A stretch of DNA of 64,000 bases from Camelus ferus (taxonomy: Eukaryota), in the NCBI RefSeq assembly GCF_009834535.1, contig NC_045696.1:5706001-5770000 (forward strand), written 5' to 3'. The translations under genes and the position numbers were made by a program. Below the pieces are notes generated by a model. It was given only the letters and a program-made list of their open reading frames with translations, had not been told where the DNA came from and ran no database searches. Every line of letters begins with the position of its first letter. Positions within the stretch are counted from its first letter, which is position 1. Positions 40,922 to 57,300 of this stretch are shown here, piece by piece.

Positions 40922-43246
40922 TAGGTTGAGATGGTTTGTTTCTAGGTAGGTGCGTGTGTCATAATTACTTGGTCTCTCTCTCTCTCCCTGGTTGGTTAAT
41001 TGCTTTTTTCAGAGGACTGGAGCCACCTCCTATTAGAAGAGCTACAGTCTTTAAGTGAATAGCTACCTCCTGTATATCTGAAAAATAGATACTTAAATCT
41101 CATGTATGCTTACAGTTATGTAGGAAAGAACAACGTATTTGTTTTACTGTTGTTCAAAGCATTAACTTCCTCTTAGGTTTTGCATTTAAAACCACCTACA
41201 ATTTTAGAATTATAAAAGTATGTCAAGTGTGGAAGTTTTTAGAAATTCTACTTGTCTGCAGGTAGGATTTTTGGAATTTTTAAAAAGTTGGCTTGTAGCA
41301 TCCGGTTAAAGCAAGCAAATACACTATACTGTTTAGATTTTAAAAAATTTGGCTCCAGTGAGAGTGATTTTTTTTTTTTTTTTGGCATGTTAAAATTTTG
41401 GCTCGTAAAATGGCATTGAAGGCAACTTTATCCAACTTTCTCCCTCCCTAAACAGTCCAAAGTCTCAAATGTATTTTGAGCATCTCTGAGGGAAGTTTAG
41501 CACTTCCCAAAATAGATACTACATATTTCAAATACATTGCTCTTTTGGGTTTGTATGTATTGGGAGGGTAGTACAGGTGATGGAAAGAATATGTGTTTTG
41601 GAGCCAGACCTTTGCTCAAATACCGCTTACACTGTTTATAGCTATATAATTTTAAGAACATAATTTAACATTTATTAATCTGGTTTCATCGTCTGGGAAA
41701 TGAGACTGCCTGTCTTTAAGTATTACTGGCAATTTTAAATAATATGAGGAACATTTTAGCACACTGCCTTATCTAGAGTAGGCATATCAGTGTTCTTAGC
41801 AGTTTTTCTGAGACATGTTACACATTTTGTCTTTGGAAATCCTCATGTCTGCTTTATTTTCAATAATTTTAGGAGAAATTAACTCATGTTCTCTGCAATG
41901 GCTCAAACAATTACGTTGAATTTCAAAACAAATTTGCCATTAATACTTCTGTGGAGTGATGTGTGGTAGAAAATGAAAAAAATACATACTATAGAAATCT
42001 GGTAATTCTTGTTCACAAACAAATTGAATCTTTACAGTTACTTTAAAATGCTACATCTGGATATTCAGAAGCATTTTAGTATAAAAGTGAATACTGTCGA
42101 TCTTTGATTAATTGAAATAATGAAAGAATGGCAGTGAAGAAAATTTGAAATTGTATTCCACTATGAATAATTATTTTATTTGACAAAATAGGAACATCAA
42201 TGTGAAAACTTGAATAAAAGTTTTTTTTAGTAAGACTGAAAACTAAATTCCTTGTTGCCGTACTCTCTTCATGGAGAGAACTTTTCCTGTATTTCCTCTT
42301 TCGGTGGAAATACTCTTTTCTCATTTAAGGTTTTACCTCTTTCAGATCTTGAAAAGCGGTGTTTTCTGTCTGTAGGAGTTGGTGGGTGTATTTGTTTTAG
42401 TGTTCTACTCTTGACCGATCAACTTCGTGAAATGCAACGTGTCTGTTTGTAAATTCAAGTGAAGTGTGGCTCCTTAGCCTGTGTTCTGTTTTGTCTCTTA
42501 CGTTACACTTCCTCTGACCAATCTAGTTAGAATTATTCTCATTCGTGCTCCATTGTGCTTCCATAGATAGCTGTTACATAGAACTTGCTCCATATTCTTG
42601 TAGCTGTTTTCTTTAAAATATGTTTATTATATGTTTGTAATTTCTTGGAAGGTGCTCTGTGATTTTAGAAGCAGCCAGGCCTTACCTAGTCTCTGGCCGT
42701 GTACTATGGATACTGTATTTTACACAGAAACCTTGCACATCGCTTTGACAAAGGCAGCGAAACATTACACATACGTGTATCCAAGATAATTCTTGCCAAG
42801 GGACCCCCAAGAACAGTCTATAGGGAAATATAAAATGAGTACAGTCTCCTTTACAGTTCAACAAATTGAGACTCTGTGTCATGCACTTCATTGGGACATA
42901 AAGGTGAATTACCTTCTTACTGCCTTCCTGAACTTTGTCATCTTCTCTGGGGAGAGAAGCAGTTGAAAGTATTACTGATAGGGCTTGGGGCCAGAAGGGA
43001 ATAATAAAAAAAGGTAGAGAAAAAGATCTGCTTTTATGAGCAGAGGTGGTATTCTAAATCTGCCTTTATTCAGTTTCTGAACTGTTTCTAAATCACCTTT
43101 TTCCCTCGGGATTTTGCTCTTCTCTGGTTATAGATAACCTGTTGTGGGTCAGTGTGATGAACTGTCTGTAGAGTTAATAAAGTATGGACATGAGCTGGAT
43201 TACTTTAGTTTTCTTGTCTCAATGAGGGATTGTGTACATTGTATAG

Positions 43247-43462
<216 letters not shown>

Positions 43463-43666
43463 TAACAAATCACCATTTTTTTGAACTGTAATTTTATTTT
43501 TAATAAACATGTTTTATTTATATTATCAAATGAATAGAAATTTGTATACACACAGATAAATTACTGTCATTAAAACATTTTTAAAAATCCTTACACACTA
43601 TGACAATATGGGCTTTTAATTTTAAATATAACTTGCAAACCCTCCTTAACTATATAACTTTGTTGA

Positions 43667-43861
<195 letters not shown>

Positions 43862-45051
43862 TAATGAAATGTCTTTATAGTTATATTTTACCCCTTGACC
43901 CAGGATCTAATTCAGTATCATGCATTGTATTAAGTTGTTATGTTTCTGTAGTTTTGTAGTTTTTTTTACCTATATCTTGCCCTTTAATAGTACCAGGCAA
44001 GTAACGTTATGGGATATTTCTGTTTTGTCCGACATTTCTTCATGATTCAATACTGTTGCACATTTTTTTAATGGATTAAAACATAAATGATAATGCATCT
44101 TCCATGTATTATTTCAGGACACACAAATATTTATTTATTCCACTATTGGTAATAATTACAGATATTTGGTTAAGGTGGCATCTGCCATATTTCCCCACTA
44201 TAAAATAGTTGTTTTTTTCCTTTGTAAATATTAAACAATTTTTTCACAGACTGTGTCTGGTTCCTCATTAAACTTTCACAAATGTTAATATCCATTGAAG
44301 ATTTTTCTAATGGCATCAATCTTCACATATTTATTAATTGGCATTCTTGCATAGTTTTGTAATCCTTTTTCATTTTATGTAAAGAATGTTTTTCAAATCC
44401 TTAAATATTAAAGAATTTCCAAATATGTTAACTGTAAATTCAGCCTTTGAGAAGAATGTTACTTTTATAGTTAATTTACTATTGTTGACTATTTAAGTGG
44501 TTTCAAAAATATGCACAGCATTAACACTTTGAATGTCTTCACACATGGCTGTTTATATAGATCTCTGATTATTTTATTAGGATAAATTCTGAGGAAAGTA
44601 TGTAAAAGGGCTTGTATATTGCTAAGACTTTTGATTGATATATATGTGTGTGTGTGCACTGGGTGTGTGCGCTAGAAAATTACTCTTCAGTTAATATTGA
44701 GGTCCAGTTCAAAGTGTAATTAATTTTGGAGGCAGAGTAATAATTTCCTACACATTAGTGGTTCTTAGACTTTTGATTGAAGACCACCCTAGTCCATGTG
44801 TTCTATGTTTTTAAGTTTTTTTTAAAATTTCAATATACTTATGCTGGACAGTTTCTCTAACAGTTTAAAGTACAGTATTTTACTTATTAACATTAAATGC
44901 ACTGAAACAACTCAGATAGCATGACTGAAAGTACTGAAAGTACGTCATTAGGTACCTCTGAAAGTTGCATCTCTGTGTGTTCAAATTACTGGAAAAAGAA
45001 CTAAGCTGCCTTTAATTTTTTTATGGCCTTAAAATTCATAGGTACATCTAT

Positions 45052-45176
45052 CTTTTGGGGGTGCGGGCTTAGGTAATTAGGTTTACTTATTAGTTTTAAC
45101 TGAGTCCCTGGAGATTGAACCTAGGACCCTGTGCATGCTAAGCGTGCACTCTGCCACTGAGCTATACCCTCCCCCT
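45052..45176 (-). mobile_element. Vic-1-type SINE
   Basis: aggtaattaggttt...gattgaacctaggaccctgtgcatgctaagc...ccactgagctataccctcccc. Confidence 0.88.
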
Positions 45177-46408
45177 CCATTTTCTTAATTATTTTTTAAA
45201 ACTCAGTAGGAACATTGCACCCTAAATTTAATCTGTCAAAACAGAAAACTACATTAATTCAGGCTTTAAACAGAATATAGGCTAAATAAACTCTAAGCTA
45301 AAGAATAATCTGAAAAAAGGCTCAAGTGAATAACTATGGTCTTATTTCCAGTCAGACACCAAAAATTGGCCTTGTATACGGAGTTCTTTACTGCCCAGCT
45401 GAGGGGGGCTCCTAGACAAATTACTTAGAGTTGTAAACTACTAACAAAACAGTATTTCATTACATATATAATAGACATTTATATGACACTGAATTGTTCT
45501 CCAGGCACAGTTGCAGGGCGTATTTTGTCAGGAATCTTTGGGACTCTTCAAACTGCAGGTAAAAATTGGAGTCTGTCTTACTTTGCTTAGATAGGTTTGT
45601 CCACTTGGGAAAACTTCCTTCTCAGCAGGTACCCTTAGCAAAGCTTTCAGCACAGTTAGTTCCACACGTATGATAGGAGAGTAGCTGCCACTGCCACCAT
45701 CTTTGTCTTACCAGCCAAGAGTGTGACGTGGTGTCAAGGCATAGGTAGAGCTGTGGTGGAGATGGCTCTTCAAAGGACCCTGTGGGTGAATCTGTGTAAT
45801 AGGAGGGAAAGTATTTATACATTTTTTTTCTTTTTAAGTTATGAGAGAATGCAAATTTGTATACATACTATCTTATTCCCTAAATATCCCAGTACCTTAA
45901 TTTTTTTTTCCATTTTGTTAATTGGCACTCATTCATGTGTAGCATAGCAGTAGTGAGTTGTGGGTACTTACACATGTGTGTGGATTTGTTTTGGCAATTA
46001 GTGGGTGGATGATGCTTTTTCCAACATGATTTAACTTGTCCTTAAGTTTATTATTGGAAGGTTACAGTCTGAGACAACAAATATGCATAGCTCTACACTG
46101 TTAATGAAACAGCTAATTTAGTTCTAAATTGATAATGCTAAACTAATATAATTTATAGTTAAAAAAGCAAGAATAAAACAGTTTAAAAGTCATCTGTTTA
46201 AGGCAACATTCATGATGCACTTAGAGCATCCTTCCTGAAGTCTATGGCAGTTTGAAATAAGGTAGTTGCAGGTGCAAGGATTTACATATGCACCCTTGAG
46301 ACTTCGAAGCATTGCAGATTTTGCATGGTGATCACTCATCTTAGTAGAAAGTTTAAACTCCATAAAAGTATTGATTTTAGTTCACAGATGCCAAACTATT
46401 GCTCTTTT

Positions 46409-46520
46409 TTGGAAAAAGGAGGGGAAGGGGAACGTAATTAGGTTTATTTATCTATTTTTAATGGAGGTACTGGGGATTGAACCCAGGACCTTGTGTATGC
46501 TAAGTACACATGTTCCCGCT
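46409..46520 (-). mobile_element. 5'-truncated Vic-1-type SINE with about 15-bp TSD
   Basis: AAACTATT(G/A)CTCTTT at about 46393-46407 and 46521-46535. Confidence 0.85.
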
Positions 46521-46863
46521 AAACTATTACTCTTTAATCGTTTGCCTCGTGGATTATTAATCAGTAGCTTTTTGTTATATATTAAAAGAAAAGTTTGTGA
46601 TATTGTCATTTACTTGTAAGAAGAAAGCATTAATTTTGGATTGCTTTATTATGATCCTTCATTTGATCGGTTTGAGAACTGACTCTTAGAAAATCTTTCA
46701 TGATTTTTTTCTAGGCTAGTGGTATCTAAAATGTATTTTGTTTTCTGAAAATAATCACATGTGCTTAATGAGAAATTAGGTTTTAATTTTTTGGGGGGAA
46801 TTGATACAGCAGAAAAATACTTGCATAGAAATTGTCATAAATTTTTCTCTCTGTATTTCCTAG

Positions 46864-47055
<192 letters not shown>

Positions 47056-47170
47056 TAGAAGTATTGATTTGATTGTTTTTGTCTTTTCAAATAAAATTAA
47101 CTGGTTAATATTTATTTTCTTTAATGTATATAAACCTCAGAATTTGAATCTGTAAACTTCCCTTTTCTAG

Positions 47171-47404
<234 letters not shown>

Positions 47405-47597
47405 TAAGTCTTTTTTTTTTTAATGTAAATAATAATACAACGAACTCCTGTACTTGGAGATTCACCAGTCCTTAATATTTTGCAGTATTTGTTTTATCAT
47501 TCTATCTCTACATACATACTATTGTTTTGAACCGTTTCAGACTTAAGTCCTGGGCCTCATGTCCATTTACTGCTAAATACTTCAGTGTGTGTTTTCT

Positions 47598-47837
47598 TTT
47601 CTTTTTCATTTTATTGAGTTATAGTCAGTTATGATGATGTGTCAATTTCCGGTGTAGAGCACAGTTTTTCAGTTATACCTGAACATACATATATTCATTG
47701 TTGCATTCTTTTTCACTGTGAGCTACCACAAGATCTTGTGTATATTTCCCTGTGCTATACAGTATAAACTTGCTTATCTATTCTGTGTGTATATCTGTCA
47801 GTATCTACAAATTTTGAGCTCCCAGTCTGTCCCTTCC
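47598..47837 (-). mobile_element. Short young L1 3'UTR fragment with 15-bp TSD, nested in an older L1
   Basis: CAGTGTGT(G/A)TTTTCT at 47583-47597 and 47838-47852; similar to reverse complement of 1330-1540. Confidence 0.85.
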
Positions 47838-48844
47838 CAGTGTGTATTTTCTAAGAACAAAGATACTGTGTTACATAATCATAAACAATTATTAAAATTA
47901 GGATATTTAATTAACTTACATTTAACTTATATAATACTGTTATCAGAGTTTGTTATTCTAATAATGCCTGTATACCTTTTTTCCCCTCCCCTAATGTAGA
48001 TTTTAATTTGGGACTACATATTACATTTAGTTGTCATTGATTAAGTCCAGGTTATGCATTTTTGAAGGAACAGAACATAAATGGTGTTGTAGCCTTCCTG
48101 GAGCATCACATTAGGGTGCTTGTGATTGTGTTTTGTCCAATTATTAATAATGTTGAATTTGAATACTTGGTGTCTGCCAAGGGTCTCCAATATGAAGGTT
48201 TTTTTTTTTCTCTTTGTAATTAATAAGTAATTTGTGGGGAGATGTGATGTAAATAACCTGTTCCTTATCAAACTTCACCTATAAGTTTTAGGATCCATTT
48301 AGAATTTCTGCCTGAATCATTTGTTACTTTGAAGGTTGCAAAATGGTTTTCTAACTCTATTCTCATTACACCTGCATTTTATTATTAACTGGCCTACTAC
48401 TACTCTCCTATTTATTTATTTATATAATTTATTAAGTTTTAATGTGGATTTAGGGATTTAGGGTTGTTATATAGTGGGTTATAATCCATTGCTATCATTA
48501 TTTAGTTGCTAATACTATCCTTGGATTTGGCTGTGAGAGCCTTTTCAAGCTGAGTTTTGTGTCCTTTCCCAAGTCCCCATCATTCTTGAGCACTTCTTTA
48601 CTTTCTGGCACAAGGTGTTCTAGTCCCACCTTGTACTTGGCCTGTCCTAGCCACATGCAGAGTCTTTTTTAAATTTTTGAGTTTTTGTATTTGTTCTAGC
48701 AGTGTAATATTTTCCTCTAATATTATTAAGCAAAGAAAAGGATGCTTCTGTTTTGTTTGGATGAGGATTGATTTACTGAAACTAAACCACTGTAAGGTTA
48801 AAGATTAATGTAAATCACTATATGTTTACTCTTTGAGATGTTCT

Positions 48845-50600
48845 TTTTTTTTATTAGTTTGATCGAAGTATGCATTACATACAGAATTCACCACTGTTAA
48901 GTGTACAATTCAAATCAGTTGACAAATGTTAAACCGTCATGTAACCACCATCACAATTAAGATATAGAACATTTCCAACACCCCCAGAAGTTCTCTTGGG
49001 ACTGTTTGAAATCAGTTCTCTCCCTTTTCCTGGTCCCCTGTAATGACTTTTATTTTATCACTTTAATTTTTCCTTTTTAAGGAATTTTGTATAAATGAAA
49101 TCATACAATATGTAGTCTTTTGGATCTGGCTTCTTTAACTTAGCAGGTGCTTTTGAGACTCATTCTTGTTGTTGCAGATATTAGTCATTTGTTCCTGTTA
49201 ATTGGTAATGCGCCATTGTATGGGTATACCATCATTTATCCACTCACTAACAGCCGAAGGACATTTGACTTTTTTCCATTTTGTGGCTATTTTAAGGAAT
49301 GCTGAAATAATTCAGCTATCCTGTGGACTTTTTCTTACTTTTTCCTTTGGTTCTATCAATTTTTGCTTTATGTATTTTAAAATCCTGTTATTATGTATAT
49401 ACACATTTCAGATTGTCCTCTTGGTGGATTAAGTCTATAATCATTATGAAAATTCCCTCTTTATCCTTGGGAGTATTTCTTGTTTTGTTTCTTGTTATAA
49501 CTAATCCGACTTTTTTGGATTAGTGTTATCAGGGTGTATCTTTTCAATTATTCTAACCAATCTGTGTCTTTTTATTAAAGTATTTCTTGCAGGCAGCAAT
49601 CCAGTCTGACAGCCTGCCTTTAATTGGAATATGTAAACCATTTATACTTAATATAATTATTAGTATGGTCAAGCTTAAAGTTCTACATGTTGATATTTAT
49701 TTTGTCTTTATCTTTTCTGTTCTTTGTGCCTTTAGTCTTTTTTTCGCACCTGTTTTGGAATTGCTTATTTTTTAGTGTTTCATCATGATTGACACTAACA
49801 TTTTATTAGCGATGCTTGTTAGTTTTATTTATTATTAATGGTTTCTCTAGGGCTTGAATTGTCAATATGTGGTTTGCAGACCCATGGTTTTATCCATGAC
49901 CTTTTATGGGGTCTTCAGTGTTATAACTATCTTCCTAATAATATGGAAATATTAATTTCCTTTGGCATTTGCACTGATAGTACAGAAGTAGTGGTGGGTA
50001 AAACTTTTGGTACCTTAGCACAAATCAGGGCCGTGGCAGTATACCCCTAGCAGTCATTGTATTCTTCACTGCCTTGAACACGCACTTTAAAATATTCTGA
50101 GTGTTAAGATTGGAAGTATGCATAAAACAGTTCTGCTGTGCGTTCTGAGGTCTCTCCATTCTGGCTGGTGGGAACATGAACTATTTGCAGCCCTGTGAGA
50201 ATTCTGGGAAATCGTTGGCTTAATGGTTTTTCATGTTTTATTCCCCACCATGGTGGAGTTTTACCCACCATGCACATATTATTATTTAGCCAAGAGAATC
50301 AGTTGGACTTGACTGTGTACCTTTCAGCTTTCTGTGCAGTTCAGTCCTCTCTGATACTCAGCCTTGCATATTTTAGTCTTCCCCTGCTCCGAGACTCTGA
50401 CCTCTGTCCCTCAACTCAGTGAGATCTCTGAATAGTGTTTGAGTTCCTGCTCCTTGTTCTGCAGCCTGGAAGTTGCTTCCGGACAGTTACTTGGAGCGAT
50501 CAAAAGATCAGGGATTGTAGTCCTGTGCTGTCTGTTGTCCAATATCTGAAAGCCCTTTTTCATATATATTTTTTCTAGTGTTGTAGTAGTTTATAGTGGA
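48845..50600 (-). mobile_element. Old antisense L1 fragments with an embedded hAT-Charlie fragment (about 49850-50140)
   Basis: L1M 3' end motifs; gcactgat...ggtgggtaaaact...ccttagcacaaatc...gtcattgtattcttcactgcc Charlie-like. Confidence 0.6.
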
Positions 50601-51943
50601 AGGGCACTGTAGCACTTAAGCCTTTATGGGTAAAACCCTTCCTTAATATTTGAATGGTTTATGCCAAATAGAAACAGTTATTCTGATGATACTTGCCAAG
50701 TTACATGTAAGTTCAGTGCTGTGAAAGGAAAGTTACATAGAGTTTTTTGGGGAAGGGAGAGGATTAGAAGTTTCTTTTCCTGCTGTTCTCCCCTTGGTTC
50801 CATGTTGTTATGTTATTCCTAGTTCTAACTAAATTTTTTTTAATCTTTTTAGATTAGGGCTCCACTTCTTTCTTAGCTCATTTTTGACAGTGATGAAAAA
50901 GTTCAGTAATTTTTAAGACAGTGAGTTCTTCTAAGTTCTTCATTGTTTCATAGTAAAATGGAAATGTTATCAATGAGATATAAGGGAATCTAACTCAGGT
51001 AGTAGGATGGAAGTATTTTTTCCTCTGAAATTCTATAGGACTTTTTTCAGTTTCTTACGTGTTCCTTTGGATGCAAGTATATCTTTGCATTCTTTTTGTT
51101 TAATACCCTGTTAATTTAGTTAGAGTTCTGCTTATAAGCTGAAGGAGAGTTCTGGTCTGCGTTATATACTATGTTCAAAGAAGATGCATTTTATGGTGGG
51201 TGGGTGTGTAAGGAATTGTTTGCATGAAAATGTTAATGTTTAGATAAATTTCAAGACCCCACAACCATCTAATACTTTTTATCCATTGACACTAATTCTG
51301 AACCTATTAAGTATCTATAAAAATGTGTTATTTGAAAAATAAAGATGCAAAGAGTTAAAAAAAAATCTGAATTTGTAGTTGAAGAATTATGCCTACACTT
51401 AAAGCATATGTGAGAGAGCGACATGAGCTTAGTGGGAGAGGCACTTAGTGGGCGTGGCTGCCGCTTTCAGCTGTGTGTGCTCTCAGCGTGTGGGGTAGGA
51501 GGGAGCTAGAGTTGGGAGTTGTCACTTGTTGGAGGCCTAAAATGTGTTACTCCCTCTTTTTTATTTCGTAAGACAGAGAAGGAATTCCACTGCTTTTCTC
51601 TACTTCAGAAATCACACATGGTTGCTCTGTTACGGTCAGAGACCTTAAGAAATAAGATTTTAATGAAGTATGTGTATAAATGTGGGGCATTAGTGAGAAA
51701 CAGAAAAACAAGACTTCACTGAAATGTGTTTCCATGTGCTCACTTCTGGGGAATTCAGCAGCTCTGTGAGGAGGTTTTTGTGGTACTTAGTACTCTAAAG
51801 TTTTTTTGAATTTTTTTTTTCGACTTAGTTATGAATACATAGGATATTTTAATTGTTATTTAAAAAAAGACAAGAATTCTGACAGTTGTTATTGTAATTA
51901 TAATTGCAGCCTACTGAAAGTGTTTTTTCCTGTTCATATATAA

Positions 51944-52165
<222 letters not shown>

Positions 52166-53412
52166 TAATACATGAGAGATATAAGAGATATTTTGCCTTA
52201 ATGTGGCTGAATTGAAATCGAAGACTAAATGAAGTCATTGTACCCTACATGTGATATGAAAAACGTCACGTAAGGAATGTACATTTACAACTTCAGCAGT
52301 CATCTGGAGGTAGCTTTATTAGGTGTAAGGTTGATGCACGAGCAAATGGACATTTGAATTTCATGTTCTGTGAATGGCTATTGGAACCTTCCTTGCTCTA
52401 AACGAGGAATATTACAAAATTATAGTAAATAAATGAGAGTAAAGAACAAAGTATTTTTTAAAAGGAAAACTACAGTTCTAGGTTTTCTTTTCTTTATAAT
52501 TTTTAAACACCTGAACTGAATAGAGCACTAATGTTTCTTGCTGAATCAGAAGATTTGATGTGACTCCTAAGGGCAAAGTACTTGATATTGGAATGCAGTA
52601 ATAATTATATTAGTGGAAATAATCTAGGAGCGATGAGTGATTGTTATGTAACTGAAAACTCACTCTGAGAAAGAAAACCCTGTGGAAGATTAGAGAAGCT
52701 TTGTGAGTCTATAAAATGCTGTAAACTTCTCTGTCTCTTTATCACTCAGTGCTGTGCTGAGTGCTGGACGGTTTCTGTGATCTGCCTGCCCTGTCACACT
52801 CTTTGATCTTTTTTCATCTAGTCTGCCACATAACTGTGCTTTAGATTTTTATTTGCTGTGACTATTATGTCTAAAAGTTTCAGTAATTCTCTTTAGAAAT
52901 AAGACTTTAAAATTAGTGCCTTATGCTTTAAGTTTTATTTTTATATATATAATTGTGTTGGAGTCTATCCTCAAAGACTTGGGTTGTTAAATTTTCTTTG
53001 TTCATGACATATTCTTATCATTGATTCACACATGGTTCTCTTTTATTTGTTTTAAATTACAATAATAATCTATATCTCTTTCAGTGATCCTGCCCTGTTT
53101 CCCATTCCCAAGATAAAGCTGTTTTGAATCTTATGTTGATCCTTCCTTTGCCTTTAAAAAAAAAACAGATTTGACATTCTTAAACATATTAATATAAGGC
53201 ATTTATTTGTTTTTAAACTTTATAAAAAGGTTTATAAAGAGACTTAATTTCCTTCACATAGTGCTATATTAAGAGTACTTAATTGTTGAATCAGATTACT
53301 TTTGACTATTCTGTACTCCATTGTGTGACTATATCTGATTTTATTCATTCATCTCTTGAGCTCTTGGGTAGTTTTGCTAATCTCAAAAAGAAATGATAAT
53401 GAGTCTTATAGT

Positions 53413-53571
53413 GGGGGAAGGTATAGCTCAGTGGTAGAGTTACTTGGGAGGTCCTGGGGTCATCCCCAGTACCTCCATTTAAAAAAATAAATGAATATAC
53501 CTAATTACCCCCACTTACAAAAAAAAAACCCTAAAAACAAAATAGGTGGACCAAAAATACAAACAAAAAAA
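53413..53571 (+). mobile_element. Vic-1-type SINE with internal deletion
   Basis: ggggaaggtatagctcagtggtagag...ccccagtacctccattt...cctaattacc, A-rich tail. Confidence 0.85.
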
Positions 53572-53658
53572 GATTCTTTTTTTAGTATGTCTTTATTTTT
53601 GGTTTGTATCTTATTAGGAGGAACGTATATGCTTATTATATGTTAAATGTATATTTGA

Positions 53659-54057
<399 letters not shown>

Positions 54058-57000
54058 TAAAATTTTTCATAACCAATCTTATTTCACCTATACAAACACC
54101 TACCTTTTCTTCCTTCAGTCTTATTTTAAAAGATATCCCAGGCATAATATTATTTTGTCCATAAGTATGTCAGTATGTATTTCTGAAAAATAAGGAATTG
54201 TCTTAAAATATAACCATAATGCCATTGTCGTATCTTAAAAATGAAGTTTCTCAGTAGAATCAAAGAGCCAGTCATTGTTTACAGTTACAGTTGTTTCAGA
54301 TGTGATAAATATTTTTAGTGTTTTGCAAGACTGTTTGATAAGTGGTAAAATTCCACCAGAAGGCACATAATTTTTTTTGTGATGCTAGCAGGCGTTGATG
54401 CTCACTGCCTAGATTCATTAATTCATTAGGGGTATAAATCCAACTCTGAAGTTATTATCTTGGATACTTCTAAACAAAAATTTACTCATCTTTACTATTT
54501 GATTATCCAGTAGTAAAATTTGTATATAAAAAACTGAATAGATAATTGCTTATTTTGCATTATTTTCCTTCAAAATAAAGATTTAGTCCCTTTTATCCTC
54601 TTGCAGTGGCCAGTTGGTGTGTCTGTTTTTCACTGTGTAAATCACACTGCTATGATTCACCTTTTTTTCTGATATCCTTATTGATGTTTAAACTGTTCTG
54701 TCTCTGGACAGGAGGAACTTCTTCTGGTTGGCTTCTTTTGAAATGACTAGTAGCCTTGCATAGTGTCTTTGCTGTCAGGCGTGGTAAGGTGTTACAGGTT
54801 CATCTTGTAAATTTCTTGACCTTCTAGGGATCAGTCTTTTAAGCAGCCCTGTCTTCTTGTAGTGAGAAGTGATATTTCATGATTGTAGTGTGGACGATTA
54901 GGCTCTTTCTTGCTACCTTGTAGCTTGTAATATGCTTGATTTTCAGGTTATCAAAACAGAGGCCGCAGATACTATTTTACATTGATATCTATAACTGTTT
55001 CACTGTTCTGTCACGTTTGTGTCTCAGTAACTAATGCCTTGAGGATAATTTTGTAAAAGTTTTCATGTGTTTAGCTGAAAGAGTTTCAGTGATTGGTGGA
55101 GTAATATTGAATAATAATTATATTTTGTACATTGAATTTAAGAATGTTTGCAAGTATAGAATAAAACAGTGAAAAACAAAATCTGGATTTGGGGTGAGAA
55201 ACAGAGAAAATCACCATCTTTTATGTAGTATGCTATAATTAAGCCTTAATAGTTGAGTCTTAAAATATCTGAGCTGTATGGTCATCAGAACCGAAACTGT
55301 CATTTTGTGATACTTTTTGTTGTCAAAATCAAGGGAAGCAACAGGTATCAGGAATGAAAGACCTGAAGAACAGTTCTTTAAGCAAGCATTTATTCTCTTA
55401 ACGTAAGAGAAAACTGCAAACAGTTTCAGGCTAAAATCATGGTTTCCTAATTAGTTAGGGACTCAGGCTCCTCTGTTTCTGACTTCCAATCTGAAGGTCA
55501 GTCACCTCAAGGTCCAAGATAGCGGGACTTTATGATAGCTGTCACATACTGTATGTGTGATGGAGGTTGAGATTTAGGTCAGAAGAAGGAATAGAAGGCA
55601 GAAGAAGGCAAAAAGGACATCTGTAGTAGAAGGAATTTTATGTCAGTGAACTTAATGGTCCCACATGCTGTTTCTGCTTATAACTCATTGCCCAGAATGT
55701 TGTCATGTGGACATACTTAGCTACAGAGGAGGTGGGGTAATACAGTCTCTCTTTAGGGCAGCAAAGAACCTAGATGAAAATTGAGATTTTATTTCTAAGG
55801 AAGAAATAAGAAAGAATTTTGTGAGTCAGTGCCACACTATGATTTTCCCAAAGAAGAACCTAGCTCTTTCTAGAGCTATATTCTAAAATACACATGAGAT
55901 TTTAGGAAGGAGATGCTGAGTGATACAGTGGTGATCAGTGCCCTTGTCAACAATCTTTGTAATGGGAGCAATGATGAATTTTACATAACATTTATTAGGG
56001 GTCCTTTGATAAGGATTAAGAGAAATTAAAATCTGTTTTCTGACTATAAAAGTAGTATGTGTCCAATTTGAAAAATTTAGGTAATAGATAAAAGTGTGAG
56101 GAGATAAATGATCCTACTGTGCAGAAAGTTGAACACTCAATCTTGCTTCCCAGTAAAGGCAGTTCTGGTTGGGGCTAGAGTTGAGGTATGTAGTTTGTCT
56201 TAATCCAATAATAGAAATTGTATTCATTGTAGAAGAATGAATGAATCGCATATGCATTTTGTCATCTTTCATAATGTCACTTTTACTAGCTGAGTATCTC
56301 ATTAGGCGTGGAATTGTACACAGTTGAACGTGGTACTTATGAAGCTCTAGAGTGTTCCTTTGCTTGACTGAGTATGAATAGTATGTAGTGTTTCATTGTC
56401 AGAACAAAGGGAAGCACACAGGAATGGGGTAGGAATTTCATTTGGCTGCAAGTGAAAAATCTCATATAGTTCCTTAAATATATAGAAACTGATGACTTGT
56501 GAAAGGGTGGAGTCTGGTGTAGAACTCCCCTGTGGATAGTGCTTGGCTGTCATATGAATGTGGGCTGCAGCTGTATCTTGAGAAAAAAGTGATTTCCTTA
56601 GAAATCAGTTTCTGTCTTTATAGCATTTGTGCTTGTATTTGAGTGTCCAGTTATATCTTGGAGCATGTGTACAAAGTCAGTTTTGAAACTTTTCCAGTGA
56701 AATTTTATAGTGAACACAAAGCATGAAGCCATGTATTTTCAACAGTGTTCAAATTGGAGTAAAAGGACATTTAGTTGCTTGGATTTTCTAATCACAAAGA
56801 AGGAAAATGATCTTCAGTACCTTCCTCATGGTGGAAGGTCTCTGGTTCTGAAATTCCTAGTAACATTATAAACTTTGTTTTGTGTCATGTGAGTGAAATA
56901 TTTGTGGTTAGAAGAACCAGTAGCATTTCTGTTCTGGTTTTCTGGAAATTATAAAACATGCAGTTTGAGTAAGTTTGGAGGGGGATTCTGCTCTTATTTT

Positions 57001-57119
57001 TTCTTTAGAGAAAGGAATTGCAGTCTTGGAAAATCGTAGAAACATCTTGAGTAGCTAATATGAGAGATCCTATTTGAGTTGGTCCTCATAGGGTCGATCA
57101 GAATGAATGAGTATTTCTT

Positions 57120-57300
57120 GGGGGAGGGTACCCTGTAGCTCAAGTGGTAGAGCACTTGCTTAGCATGAATGAGGTCTTCGGTTCAATCACCAGTACCTCC
57201 ATTAAAAAAAAAAATTAAATAGGTAAACCTAATTATCTTCCCACCAAAAACTTAAAAAAATAAAATAAATAAAAAAGAAAAAGTCACTAAAAATGTTTTT
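57120..57300 (+). mobile_element. Vic-1-type SINE with degenerate 17-bp TSD
   Basis: AATGAATGAGTATTTCT 57102-57118 vs AATGAATGGATATTTCT 57303-57319. Confidence 0.87.
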
